A stretch of DNA of 64,000 nucleotides, taken from contig NC_087457.1 in NCBI RefSeq assembly GCF_036321535.1, positions 29,450,001-29,514,000 of the forward strand, read 5' to 3'. The notes beneath the pieces are model-generated. The model was given only the letters and a program-made list of their open reading frames with translations, had not been told where the DNA came from and did no database searches. The position numbers and the translations under genes were made by a program. This document shows, piece after piece, positions 51,351 through 64,000 of this stretch (positions within the stretch are counted from its first letter, which is position 1; each line of letters opens with the position of its first letter). This stretch comes from Camelus dromedarius. Lineage: Eukaryota.

Positions 51351-54300
51351 GATATGAAAAATTCACAATGATGTGAAGAAATATATAAAATGGTAGTACA
51401 TAATTATACATAAGTTACAATTGCAACTATTATGCACTACTCTATGTATATATTTATATATAATTACACAAAGGTTAGAAAACATTTGTCAGTTTATGTG
51501 ATCCAAGAGCCATGTGAAGAGCTGGAATTAGATATATCACTAGAATCTTCCCTTAGTAAAAATGTGGAAAGGAAAAATATTAAACAACTACCAGGATGAA
51601 CTTACTAACATTTTATTCCACAGGTTATCAATTTCATCTAAATAATGTTAGAGAAACACAGGCAAGTTTTTTTAAGTAAAGATTTTGTGTATTCTATAAA
51701 ATCACAAAATACTTTGATATTCACACTCAGCATAGTCTATGCAGTAAAAATTAATCTCACATGTAACTTTACAGTCCCATTTTTGCTGATTTTCAAAAGC
51801 ATTAGCCATTAGTAAAATACAGAAAAATCTATATGCCTGCTAAGACTCCTTTCTCAGGCTTCAGGGTGTATACCAAGTTCAATCAGCAGTGACTGTCAGA
51901 TTAGATTTGGATAACATTTAGTGTGTATGATCACTGGTATTTCCTTTATCCTTTTTGCCATGAGGATTAATTGGGTTCATGACCTCAGCAGAGGAAAAAT
52001 GCCGATAGTTGTGCCCAATGGACATTTAAGTTCCAGACGTTATCTTCTTGTGGCAATAATGCCGTACTACACATACTAAACGAAAGCTAATATACTGGAG
52101 AATGGACTAAAATGTATAATTAAAACACTGAATGAAGTATGCTGTTAAATTGATTTAGTTATTTTGGAAACTGGCCTTTTTGTTTAGTAATGGTGTCAGT
52201 ATTTTGAAACATATATGAGGCAAAATGCAGATTTATTTTGCCCTAAGTTTTTTAAAGTAAAATAATTACCAATTTCCCAAACTAAGATTTCCTTTTCTTT
52301 TAATATTTAATTCCTGAATTAGACTTATTATGAAGGCTGTGATCATAGGCTTATTTGTGACATGAGAAAAAGAATTCTTAGAACCTGTATAACTGTGTCA
52401 AAAGTATCTGAGTTGCCGGTCTTCATGAAAAATACTAGACTATAAAAAATTACAAAGATTTTTTTTTTTAAAAAGCAGGAAGTGCAAAAATGATGGCAGT
52501 AAGCTACATAATTCACATAGCAGAGAAAAGCTTAAAATTGCCATAAATTCTTTCACAAAGGGAAAAGAGAAAATAAGATGGATAAAAGCCATTCCAGACA
52601 CGATGGACAGAAAAAAGAACTGTAGGTAAGCTGTAGCTTAAATAATGACAAAACCAATTAAATAGTTTCCTCTATCTAAACTTCTATATCACAAAACAAA
52701 GAAGCGGCTGTAGTTGACATTTTGTGAAAATGGCTTATCTTCAAAAACTGTATCAGGATAAGCCTTCTAATTAACTTGGATGGCAAAACCAATGATTCAT
52801 TATAATTTCAATTGTTTTTAAAAAGGAATGTCATATCCTATTCTGTGAGAGCTTTTATATATACTTTGTTGTAAGTTGAAGGGGGAGAAAGTAAATAGAG
52901 ATTCCTGCAGAGATGAAGTGTATACCAGATGCCTAGAGCCAGAGAAATGATCTTGGAGAGACATGATAAATTTAGTATTATAAAAATCTCCACTTGAGAG
53001 TGACAGGAAATTGAAACAAAGTGTAAAGAAAAAGTACAGTCTTTAAAGGCCCATTTATAAATGTCACAGTATCAAGGAAACCTATTTCTAAAGAAAGAAT
53101 TTCAATTCATTTGGTGTTAGGTGTCAGTGACAAGTGACACAAGTCAATCCTTACTCAATGACAAAAGGCAAATGAATGGCAAATATTTAGGAATATACTA
53201 AGCTACTCATGGAAGGTCACATAAACACCAAGTACTTTTAAATTCAACCCTCAATGGCATAATTGCTCATTACTCATCCTGACCTTAGGAAAAAATTCAT
53301 CTTTAATACCAGCAGCAGGTCCTACATGGTTTCCTTTCCCCAGGAGGAACTGCTGGAGCCCCTTTTTCAAGTCCATCACAAAAACTATGTTATAGGAAGT
53401 AAAATAAGAGTAATTTGTAGTAATACAGTTGCTCTTTCAAAGGGTAAAATTCCTTACCCTAAGTAAAGATATTCCAAAAGATACTCTTCTGTGACACATA
53501 TTTGAACATTTTAAATGGTATCCTTAGTTTTGAAAGATAATAATTTCTATTTCTGCTATAATATTTTAAGAGAGTTTTAATATGTAATTCTTATAGAAGT
53601 CAATAGAGGACTATTTCTTTTGATAATTTTTTCTTATGAAAATAATATATTTTCAAGGAAAAATAAAGATGTGACCTAAAAAGGTAAAATCTGTCAAAAG
53701 CTCATTATCCAGAGACAATCATGGCTAACATTTTGATAAAAATTCTGTTCATTATTTGTACCTAATAAGTATAATTATTACCGTATTTCAACATCAGAAT
53801 CACTCTATCCATACTGTTTGGTAGTCTACATTTCTTTTTAGTTAATACTATGTAACACCAGGTTTTTTTCAAAGTTCTCTGATTAATATGATTGCCAAGT
53901 GCATCACAGATGTAAACTGGATAGTCATTCAAAAAAAGGTTCACATTTTCACGGCTAATATTTTCTCTACTAAGTGCCTACAGATATGTATTATTGATAT
54001 TAATTCAAGCACTGTTATCTTACTTTTTATGAAGATAATTCTCTAGATACAACTAAAAATGTATAAAACAAAGAACAATCAGAAACTACACAATGTTTCA
54101 TTTGCCATCATTAAAGCATATATTTTATAATTTTACAATAATTATGTTATCACTATGAATGAAAATGGAAGGAACTAAGGAGTAAAAAACATGAAAGATA
54201 CTGATTAAAATTTATGCAAAGAATGATGCTTCTTTGGGTGTGGAAGTTGTTCTTCACTTGTAGAGTATCTGTACTTCACTTCCCATTGAACTCTGTATAC

Positions 54301-55859
54301 CACCAATAATAGCAAAAATCAAAGGCAGATTTTCTACAAAGAAAAAAAATCTACATCTATCTTAGGGAAGCATAGCACTTTGGTAGAAAGATCTAGTTAA
54401 AAAAATAAAGTATGAAAGGGTTAATCTCTGTAAGTATATATATATGTTAAGATAAAGATAAAATGTATGTCTATAAATTTACAAAACATTAAATATGATG
54501 CAAAGGGCATAAATGTATCAGAAGCTTTCTGACAAAAAACTGGTCCATTCTACTATACATCACTATGCATATGATATTTTTCATGTATCAGATCTCCAAA
54601 ATCTATATTTGCTCTATCCACAAATTGTTGAACGAGCATGATGATGTTGTAACTAAAGTTTAATAAACCTTTAAAATACAAAAATTGACAGAAGTGCTCT
54701 CAACTTCAGGACAGGGTACATGAAATTTAATTTCCACTAGTTCATCTGAGATTGGACAGTAAGAACAATCAATTACTTGGTTTTACTAGGTTTTTTGGTC
54801 CCTTGTGATTCCCTGGCTAAGGAACAAACTTTCTAGAAAACAACTGATATTAGCATTCGTATTACAGCTTGATTGTAATTCACACATTCTTAATTGACTA
54901 TTTTTATTTAAGTCAATGAATAAATATTGTGGACAACTTTTTGATTGGTGTGATCCCTAAGCATTCATTGAGATTTTCACTGGAGGCTGAAAGATACAGT
55001 GCTAGCAATCAGGAATATATTTCCGTTAGATGATTTTATGAGAAATAAAGGATTTTATGAGAAGTAAAGTATTTTAAGTCTCACATTTTTAACTAAGCCC
55101 CAGAGCTGCTCTATTGTGGTGGTAGCTTAAGGAATTTGTTTCACCCGGTTTGAAAATGGATGATTATTATTCAAAGATACAGGACAAAAGGAGACTTCTC
55201 TTGTAATACAGTGCTAAGTGGAGGCAAAAATAATGCTAAGATGCTAAGATAATTTAACTTTTAATGTCAGCTCATGATAGATTTCATAAAGAAAACTGCA
55301 ACCATTTTGTTGAATATGCATTTTTCAGTATATAGGTTTTCTGTGAATATCTGAAATATTGAATATAGTGTGGTTCTTTTTGCTTCACTGTAGAAGCAAA
55401 GACTCCTCTAGCTGTTGCTACACGTATAAGAAATATTTCGGAAACTTCAAGGCAGCATTTAATATGGCTTGCATCATTTCATTTACAATGCAAGGTCTGT
55501 TTGTCCTTGTTGACAAGAATTGGCAATTAAAGTCAATTAAGCAGAAATAGAATTAAAAAATTAATTAGGCTTTATGTGCATGATGAGTTAACTTTGTAAA
55601 GACAAGTCTAGGTTTTAATATTTTTTTACTTCCCTAAAGTCATAAGCATCCTTATTGTTTTTCTCGTTTATAAAGGAAATGACAGAATCTATGGTCCCCA
55701 TATCCCTGGTCTTCATTATTAATTTAATGAGCTAGTCTCCAAACTGATCAATTTTTTGTCCTTACCTAAGCATCTGCACCAAGTAAACCAAAGGATCACA
55801 ACTCTTGTGTGGCATCCCTGCAGTGTCCATCTCCCTTTTAAGATAAACTTTATAAGTCG

Positions 55860-55970
55860 ATGGAATTTGTTAAGACTTGTCATGTGCAAAACACTCTGCT
55901 GTGTATTGTGGTGAGATGCAAGGGAATTAGAATATGCAGATCTTACCCTTTCAGGGGCTTATAACCTACA
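55860..55970 (-). mobile_element. L2 3' fragment
   Basis: 'tgtgcaaaacactctgctgtgtattgtgg...cttaccctttcaggggcttataacctac'. Confidence 0.4.
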
Positions 55971-56390
55971 TTTATGCAAAATCTCTCTCACAATGCCATT
56001 GATAATGCTGCATTCTGCATGGCTTGTCTTCCTTTTTTGATTCAAAGTGACACACGAAACTGTTTAAAGTCACATGATACAGGAAGGGGTTGAATGAATA
56101 AACTTACCCTCCCCTCCCTTTACATTGATTAGTCCTCAGCAGCAATCATCTTCAATCATCTACATTTCTTATTCTTCTAATACTTAACTCTTTACCTAAA
56201 CGTTACGGTTAGAGTGCTGTTTTGATTTACCAACTATCAACATCATCCATTGATAGGTGGCAGTGAAATAACTGGATTTTAAAAATGTATTCAACTTTCA
56301 CTTCTCTCTATCATTTAGCCATGGTTATTGTCAATTTCACTTTTTTCTAATCATTGCATTTATGTTTTTAAGTAAAATACTTAGGATTAT

Positions 56391-56767
56391 TGTCTTAATC
56401 TGCTTAGGCTGCCATTAAAAAAAAAAAAAAACATAAACTGGGCTGCTTGAACACTAGAAATGTATTTCTTACAGTTCTGGAGGATGGGAAGTCCAAGAGA
56501 AAGATGTGGCCCATTCAGTTTCTGGCGAAACCCCCTTCCTGGCTTAAAGATGGTCACCATTTCTGTATGTCCCCACAGGGTGGAGAGAGAGAGCAAACTC
56601 TTGTGTCTCTACTTAGAAGACACTAATTCTTTCAGGAGGACCCACCCTCATCCCCACATCTACTTGTAATTATCTTCTCATGGCCCCATCTCCAAACACA
56701 ATCTCACTGACAGTCAGGGCTTCAATATACGAGTTATGAGGAGTACACAAATATTTAGTCAATAACA
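56391..56767 (-). mobile_element. MLT1A-like MaLR solo LTR, full length
   Basis: 'tgtcttaatctgcttaggctgcc...cttacagttctggaggatgggaagtccaag...ggccccatctccaaacac...atttagtcaataaca'. Confidence 0.88.
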
Positions 56768-56804
56768 TTTATATTTCTTAATTTTTTTAAAACTCCTCAG
56801 CATG

Positions 56805-56840
56805 TAAGACAAGGATATCATATAAGACAAGGATATCATG
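56805..56840. repeat. Tandem duplication, 2 x 18 bp
   Basis: TAAGACAAGGATATCATA followed by TAAGACAAGGATATCATG. Confidence 0.9.
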
Positions 56841-58131
56841 TTTTCTTACTGTAGCCTCACTTTTCCAACAACTTTCCAAATTCTGTCATCTATATTTTGA
56901 TGGCTCTCCAGTTCACCCTAGGTAGCACTGCCCCGCTTCACTCATTTCTTTCTTACACCTTCAGTATTTCAACCCACTGGCCTACATTTTTTTCCTTCTC
57001 AAGATAGCTTTATATTGTATTGTGCAGCCCCAAATAATGTACATTCAAAATTTGAAAAGAGTGTAATGGCATCATTTAATATTAGCAAAGAATATAGCAC
57101 ATTATTAACCCCCATAGAATCTTCGCACAACCCCCCAAGCAATACCCTGAGATCAACATTCTAACTTGATGAGAATGTGGTTGTGCAGTGACATGCCTTT
57201 GCTCCTGTTGTCAGGGCTAATGTCCTCTGATTTCTTACAAGACCCCTTTGCTCAAAAAATAATGAAATTATTATAAAATAATAAAAATTATTATAGATAA
57301 ACTAATAAAATAATTATAAAATTTTTTTTCCTATTCTGGATCATGACTTCATCACGCAGTTTTTGCTTTTATTTGTTATGCCTTCTTGACACATCACTAA
57401 GATTTTCCATGTTTTTGCTTATACTACCTTTCAAATAAAAATAATTCTGCTTTTCTTTTTAGAGATAGTCCTCTTGTGCCAAATGAATTATTTTCCAATT
57501 TACATCAAATAATACCTAAAACACTAGCTTGGCTCTTATTCTGAAATTTATCTCTTATGTCACTCCTTGGTCAATTCTAATGTTTATTGCAAAGACAATC
57601 TTCACTCTTATTTTGCCTCAGCATTTAAAAAAAAAGATCTGAAAAAGTGAATATGGGTTGTAAGTAACATCTTGCTTAATTGGCATAGAATTCTAAATTC
57701 TGAACTTATCTTCACAGTGCACAGAAAATTTTGCTCTACTGTCATCTAGCTTCCATTGCATGGGATGGCTATCGGACTACACTTTAGTGGCATGTTACCT
57801 TTAAGGTTTATTTTATTTCATTGTCTGTAAACTTTTTTTTCTATCTTTGGTTTCAGAATTATCACCAAAATATGGCTATAAATGATTCATCCATCCTGCT
57901 CAGCATCCAGTGAACCCTTCCTTCCTTCTTTTTTATTTACTGCCACAAAAGAGAATATATGATACATATGGATATTTCTATGACTGTTTACAGTGGAGAC
58001 ACTCGTAATAAAGAATCTACAAAAACCACTGCAGTTCTCTTTCCAGTGAAGGTTTTATTGCCTTGAACTCTGTGTTAATTATTTTCCTGCTTTGCTTTGG
58101 AGGTTTTATTTCATGAAATACAACAGATGTA

Positions 58132-58334
58132 CAGCTGACCCTTGAGCAACACAAGTCTGAACTTCATGGGCCCACTTATAAACAGGTTTTTCCCAGAAAA
58201 TAGATACTACAGCTTTATGAGATCTCTCCTGGTTGAATCTGTGAGTGGGGAACCTCAGATACTGATGGCTGACTGTAAGTTTGTACATGGATTTTTTTTG
58301 ACTGTTTGGGGAGTAGGTGTTCAAGGATCAACAA
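58132..58334 (+). mobile_element. MER8 (Tigger-derived) MITE
   Basis: TA|CAGCTGACCCTTGAGCAACAC...GTTCAAGGATCAACAA|TA shows TIRs with TA flanks, and the internal 'ggttgaatctgtgagtggggaacctcagatactgatggctgactg' matches. Confidence 0.85.
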
Positions 58335-58794
58335 TAATTATTTTTGAAAGTGACAGAAAAAAAGCATACTGTATATTTTCATCAGTGACTATACATTTTT
58401 AGACTCATTTTTTCCCCCAGATAAATCCATATTAAGTTATGTAACTATAGTTCTTTTGTTTCCACTGTGGCGTATCATTTCATTTTATGAATAGACTACA
58501 CTTTGTTTTACTGCCAATGGACATTTGAACTGCTTCCAATCTTTTACTACAGAAGGCACATTGCTGGAAACATTCTTCATGTCATCTTATGCACAGTTTG
58601 ATGCATCCCCCCAACAGATACAAGATTTTGTGTGCTACATGCATCTTCCATCAGCTAGGTAATAAGAGAGTCAATGTGTTTGAAACAGTATAATCTGCCC
58701 TAAAAGTCTATAAAGTTTTCACTTAGTCTCTGACTTCCTCACTTTTGAAGTATGGTAACTATGAAAAGGGGCTTGTTGTGGGTTTTTAAAAAAT

Positions 58795-58935
58795 TTTTTT
58801 TAAATTTTTTAGTAGTAGTAACTTGTTTTTTGTAATTGAGGTATAGTTGATTTATGTTGTGTTAATTTCTGCTGTACAGCACAGTGATCAGTGATGCATA
58901 TATATACATATTCTTTTTCATATTCTATTTTTCCT
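58795..58935 (-). mobile_element. Short younger L1 3'-terminal fragment
   Basis: 'taattgaggtatagttgatttatgttgtgttaatttctgctgtacagcacagtgatcagtgatgcatatatatacatattc' is the same 3'-end type as the L1 at 8264. Confidence 0.75.
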
Positions 58936-59631
58936 TCATTACTAGGGAAGCTGAGCTCTAATTCAAATAATCATTCTCAGAGTCTGTTCTCTTTTCTATG
59001 AGAAATGCTTGTACACATGTTCATGGCTTTTCCTCTGCGCTCTCTCTCCCCCCTTCATATTTTTTTTTCTTTTTTAATATTTTGGTTTGTAACAAATCAT
59101 TAAATTATTTTGTATTTCCAGGCTTTGATTCTTTTATCAGTTTAAAGTACGAATATAATCCCTTAATTTGTAAAAAAAAAAAAAAAAAAAAGATCCTTTG
59201 TTTCTTTTCATTTTTGTTGTATCCTTTGAATGACAAAGTATCTTCATTTGAATACAGTCATGCTTACCCAAAGTTGTTTTATCAATTGTCTTGTTTAAGA
59301 AATCCTTCTCTAGCCTTCTCAATCACAAAAGCTTTCTACTATATTTCTTCTTAATTTAAAATAGTTTTATTTCATACAAAATACTCTATTTCATCTGGAA
59401 TTGATTTTACAGTATAATGTTAAGGATCCGATTTCACTTTTCCTCATGTAGATAACCGATTTACCAGCACCATCTATGTGTTAGATCTCTGTTTTCCAAC
59501 TTTGTATCTGCAATACCAAATCTGGCACCATATCTTGTTTCCCTGTTTGTGTGTATCTGCTTTTTGGCACTCAATTCAGTTCTAGTGATCAGTTAGTTTA
59601 ACTCCATGCCAGTAGTCTGTCTTCACCTGTA

Positions 59632-60040
59632 TGTTGGGAGACCCAGTCCTTCATGAGTCTCTCATGATCCTGTTTGCAAGAAAGCATGTGTCTGGTCCTT
59701 CTTCATCAGAATCATTTGCAAACAGCATGCTCTAGAGACGAGATGATCTCACCTTTGGGCACAAATTATAGGTTGAAGTGCTGTTAGTATGAAATGAGAT
59801 GAACTCCCCAAGTTCAGTGATTTTCACCTGTAATGCAGGTCTCTCCATGTACAGAAATCTTCCTAAGCCCTCCTGGTCCCTTTCATGAGACTTGGAGGCA
59901 AGAGAAACTGCTGCTGCTTGCTGTGTCATGAACACTTATCCTTTGTCTGTAACCCAGAAATAGTGTATATTCTGCCAGCAGCCATCAAAGAGAGAGGAAA
60001 TAATCCATTAGCTTGTGAATATGATAAAACCACATCACAG
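59632..60040 (+). mobile_element. MER21-group (MER77/MER68-like) LTR inside the L1
   Basis: Starts 'tgttgggagacccagtccttcatgagtctctc' and contains 'ctttgtctgtaacccagaaatagtgtatattctgccagcagccatc...ttagcttgtgaat'. Confidence 0.7.
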
Positions 60041-61379
60041 ATTTGGTGTTTTTTTCTTTTTTATAAAGATTTAGCCTTAGCTTATTCAACCTTCAAATGC
60101 TGGGGTTATGATGGAAAACTGTATTGGATCTAAAGATCAGTTTGAAAAGAAATTTCATGTTGAAGTGCTTTCATGTTTTTTACCTATAAACAAAAGGATG
60201 CAGTGTCTCAAGTTATTTAGTAGCAATTTTAATAAATTTGCATAATATTTTCCATCAAAAAGTCTTAAGTAGTTTTGTTATATTTGTTCCTAAGTACTCT
60301 ATTTTGTTGCAATTACCTTCAGATCTTCTGTTCCCATTAGGACTATTTTTAGTAAATGGTATTTTTTAAAGAAATGTATCCTTTTCATCTAGGTTGACAA
60401 ATTTGTTGACATAATATTGTTCATAACATTTCCTTATTAGCTTTTTCATTTCTATAGGATCTTCACTTATCAACACCTGTCATATCTGACACTAGTAACT
60501 GTGTGCTCAGTTTCTTAATCAGTCTAACTAGTGGGTTATCCGTTTTCTTCTTAAAAGAATCAATTTTGGTCTTTGGTAATTTTGGTAATTTTCTTTGGTA
60601 GTTGTTGCGTTTGATTTTGTTTCTACATATATTTATGTTACTGTTTTCTAGGCGGTTGTTGTTTTATCTTTTTTAGCTTTTAAATGTGGCAATTGCAGTT
60701 TTTAAAATTTTAGACCTGTGTCCTATTTTGATCGAATTATTTAAAGCTGTAAATATGTCTGTTGGCACTGTCTGAGCTGTAATACATGTATTTTAGGTCA
60801 GTTCCATCTAGCATCATTTCCCATCAGCCTAGAGAACATCCTTTAACATTTCATGTATTGCAGGTCTACTGGTGATGAATTCTGTTAGTTACTGTTATTA
60901 ATTTTTGTACTCCAAGATGTCTTTATTTTACCATTATTCTTTACAGACACTCTTGCTGGAGATTCAAAGGTTTTTGCTTTTGTTTTGCTTACAGCAGTTT
61001 AAAGATGCTACTACTTTACCTCCACAATTTTGATGAGTTGTCAGAGGATTTCTGAACTGTTTTTTGCCTTATTTAAAGTATTATACTTCTTTCAATGCTT
61101 TGAAAAATTTTGTCTTTGATTTCTAGGTGCTTGACTATGCTTTGCCCAGATCTTTTTTTTTTCATCCTGTCAGGTATTTTTTGAACTTTTTGAATCTGTC
61201 AATTTTTGTTTCTCACCAAATTTGTGAATTTTCTGCTATTATTCCAGTAAACATTATTTTTCTGCCACGCTGTCTGTCTTTTCTGTTCATAGGACTTCAG
61301 TTACACATTAGTTTAGACTAATACCATCTTCATTGTCTTAGTTCTTTACAAAATCTTCTTCTTTGAGTTCTCCATTTGT

Positions 61380-61617
61380 AAACTGCTCCTCTGCCTCTGC
61401 TTTCATGCGGCTTTCTCCTTGTGCACCTCTCACTGTGTCTCTCCTTCTCTCCCCACAGCAGACATACTGAACCAAGGCCCATCCTGATCCAGAATGATCA
61501 CATTGTAAGTTGACTGTATCATCAACAACCCTATTTCCAAATAAGGTCAAACTCACAGGTACTTCAGGTGAGGACTTCAACATGTATTTCTGGGAAACAC
61601 AATTTAACCCACATACA
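61380..61617 (-). mobile_element. MLT1B/C-like LTR, 5' half
   Basis: 'accctatttccaaataaggtcaaactcacaggtacttcaggtgaggacttcaacatgtatttctgggaaacacaatttaacccacataca'. Confidence 0.8.
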
Positions 61618-63965
61618 TGGTGTTTGGGAGGAGAAAAATAGACCAATTAACCAATACTAAGTACAAGACCTGGGAATCTGTGCCACATAGGGATTAATTC
61701 GAGATAGATTTTAATAACTAGATCTTATTTTTAGTATTAGCAACGATCATAATTGTACTAATTTATATTAACAAAAAATGGCTATAATAACATACGACTA
61801 AAAGGTCCCTAAGATACATTTAAACAAAATTAAATATTTAATAAAATATATGATCTTTGGATGGAATTTAATGCAAATATATGAAAGGAATGTTAATGTT
61901 ATTGCTAACCACATGCCTTAATCTCTTACAAAACAAAGAACATTTCAAGGGACATGATATAAATTTTTAATAATGAAATGATTTGCTTTAGAAAGAAACT
62001 AAAAAAAAGTAATATCAAAATATTCCTTTAAAGAAACTTTAATTACTTCCATAGGTACAATTACTAAATTAACAAATAAAGCTATTCCTATAATAAAAAT
62101 ATTCAAATTGATATAAATATTTTCCAAGATGATTATAAAACACCAAAATATTTGTTGTTATACATCTGAATAATTAAGAATTGTCTACATAATTAGAGAA
62201 GACAGCTTTATTTTTGCAGCTCATAATTGAACCTCATAGTTCTCATAATTACTTAAAAATGTTTTTTCACCTGAAGCAATGTCTTTGAAGAGCTAAATTC
62301 TGATTGCATTGTTTTTATTTTTCATCCAAACTTCTAAAAGGCATACAGTGTTTATCTTTAACTTTTCAATGGTTACCATAGATACTGACATTTAAAGTCT
62401 ATGTTATAATATATGCTCAGAAGGAAACCACTCAGAATTTCTAACTCTGAAGCTATACAGTATTAATTTGAGGAGGGCTATTTGGTTATTTTATTAACCT
62501 AATTAGTTTTCTTGTATTTTAATATCATTCATGCGTAAGAATTATCTTAGATGTTCCCAGTGATATGCTTGTTTATCCATGTGTCTCATCTAAGGAAGTA
62601 TGCATAAGGAGGCTATTATTTTAACTGCCTGCCCTCTCTAAACAGTGCTTCTTGGTATTGGACTGTACGGGGCCTTCACCATCTCCTACCTGGACCCCAA
62701 AGCTCCCATAAGGCACTTGTGTCTGGGTTTAGATGCCAAATTACTGATTTTGAGGGGAGATCCGTGCAAGGTGTGTCTTACTTGGCCATTTTGCAGATGT
62801 CACTCCCTCTCTTTCCTAAAATAACTTGTTCTTAAAGAGTCATTCAGTTCAAGTCAGTACTGTTTTAATGCTTCTCACAGGATGAATCTGCACGTGAAAC
62901 ATGGAACTACAGCATGTAAAAGTGTCTGGATTATAAAACTTACCACTCTGGTATAAATAGTAGTAGTGGCTTCATATAAAAGTAGTTTAATTTTTCCAAT
63001 AAAATGTACTTTATGGATTAGGGCTTATACTTCATATTTTAACCCTATTTTATGTTTCTCAAATCCAGTCTCATTATAAAAATGTCTGACAATAAAACAA
63101 TGTAATTCTTATTATGACTCACTGTGTTATTCCTAAAAGTAAGGATGTGTTTAATAATAAATCTATATTTAGATTAAATTATTAAGGATGAAAATGACAG
63201 GAAGACCTATCATGGATCTTGAGGAACAATGGCCTTATTTTAATGACATATTGGAGTGCTTAACAAAAGGGATCGCCTTTAAAAAATGACATTTTTACAA
63301 AAGCAGGGGTGAAATCATGGTGACACAGGTCAGAGCTCTTTCCTCTTACAAGCAACGGTCTTGCCACTTGACCTGCACAGAAGGCTGATTGAGGGAGCCA
63401 TTTTGAAATGAAACTTTACTACAAAGTAGTACCCAATGGCAGTGGATGTAGGAAATGAGAGCCCAGTGAGATAGAAACAACAAAGCAGACACCTCTCAAA
63501 ATAAATTATGAGGCTATCAGGAATGAAAGAGGGAGAAACAGGTGCAAACGACAAGCTGATGTTGAATTAATTGAAACTTTTCATGATAAATTTAAACAAA
63601 ACAAACTAGTATGCTCTGCTTCTATTCTGTAAGGGGAGCTGCTAATAAGTTTTATACCACAGATTGTGAAGCTGCAAGAACGCTTAAGAAGAAATTTGTA
63701 TGTATAATAAATTAATATCACCAGAATGTAAAAGTTGCATTTCTGTAGATTTCCTGCGTGGAATATATAAAAATGGGAATAGCATGCCTAACTCCATGCA
63801 TAGCTGCATTACACATAACTGAAACGTTCAAGCGGTGTTTAATTAAACATAAATGGAACCTGACCCCAATGGCGGGAGGGGAAAGAGAAAAAAAGGAGGG
63901 GTTATTTTTGCAATTGGATGGACTTATGTCTTTAGATATTTAGCTGAGTGTGCAATCTTATAGCC

Positions 63966-64000
63966 CAGAAGTTGGCAAACAATGGCCAAATGTAGCCTGT
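63966..64000 (+). mobile_element. Start of a MER58-like hAT MITE, truncated by the window edge
   Basis: 'cagaagttggcaaacaatggccaaatgtagcctg' resembles CAGGGGTCGGCAAACTACGGCC...GGCCAAATCCGGCC. Confidence 0.5.

Larger units (their letters stand above)
58390..61330 (-). mobile_element. Long degraded L1ME-like element with nested insertions
   Basis: Reverse L1 motifs run from the 3' region ('gtatcatttcattttatgaatagactacac') through ORF2 ('catctggaattgattttacagtataatgttaagg') to ORF1 ('ctttaacatttcatgtattgcaggtctactggtgatgaattc'). Confidence 0.65.

Noticed and set aside
10751-53325. 8-mer GGTCCTAC occurring five times on the plus strand (10751, 26305, 28136, 30040, 53318)
   Set aside because: My rough expectation is about 0.4 per strand, but across 65,536 possible 8-mers several such outliers are expected. 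There is no spacing pattern or shared flanks.
56245-56270. CTCF-like TAGGTGGCAGTG
   Set aside because: It lacks the conserved 5' CC of the core motif.
57260-57330. A/T-only low-complexity stretch
   Set aside because: Ordinary low-complexity DNA with no regular period.
709-63943. The 60-130 aa ORFs of the six-frame track as protein-coding genes
   Set aside because: Their lengths are what AT-rich non-coding DNA gives by chance, I recognise no domains except L1 ORF2, and many lie in repeats or run through N-gaps (X residues).
1-64000. CRISPR arrays, prokaryotic operons or defence systems
   Set aside because: There are no regularly spaced repeat-spacer arrays or gene-dense regions, and the sequence is mammalian.

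Overview
This is AT-rich, gene-poor placental-mammal genomic DNA (intergenic or deep intronic) with three N-gaps. Two tRNA-Ala-derived SINEs match my recollection of the camelid Vic-1 family, and I saw no Alu, Bov-A/Bov-tA, PRE-1 or CAN SINEs, so it is probably an alpaca, llama or camel assembly. I recognise no protein-coding gene, rRNA, true tRNA or CRISPR array. The only ORF-track protein I recognise is an L1 ORF2 C-terminus (8609-8848, minus strand). Much of the window is transposon-derived: old L1M, L2 and MIR; MaLR, ERVL and ERV1 LTRs; MER5A, MER2, MER8 and MER58 DNA transposons; and younger L1 and SINE insertions with target-site duplications (TSDs). The most notable items are a near-complete two-LTR MaLR provirus (44021-46250), a repeat-poor segment at about 9.3-14.6 kb with retained CpGs and GATA/RUNX/AP-1-type motifs plus a Z-DNA-prone repeat, a compact hairpin with a CpG-rich loop (23911-23957), and several unverified splice-site-bounded exon candidates. 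I found no convincing novel biological system. Repeat family names come from memory of consensus sequences, their boundaries are approximate, and they need RepeatMasker/Dfam confirmation.
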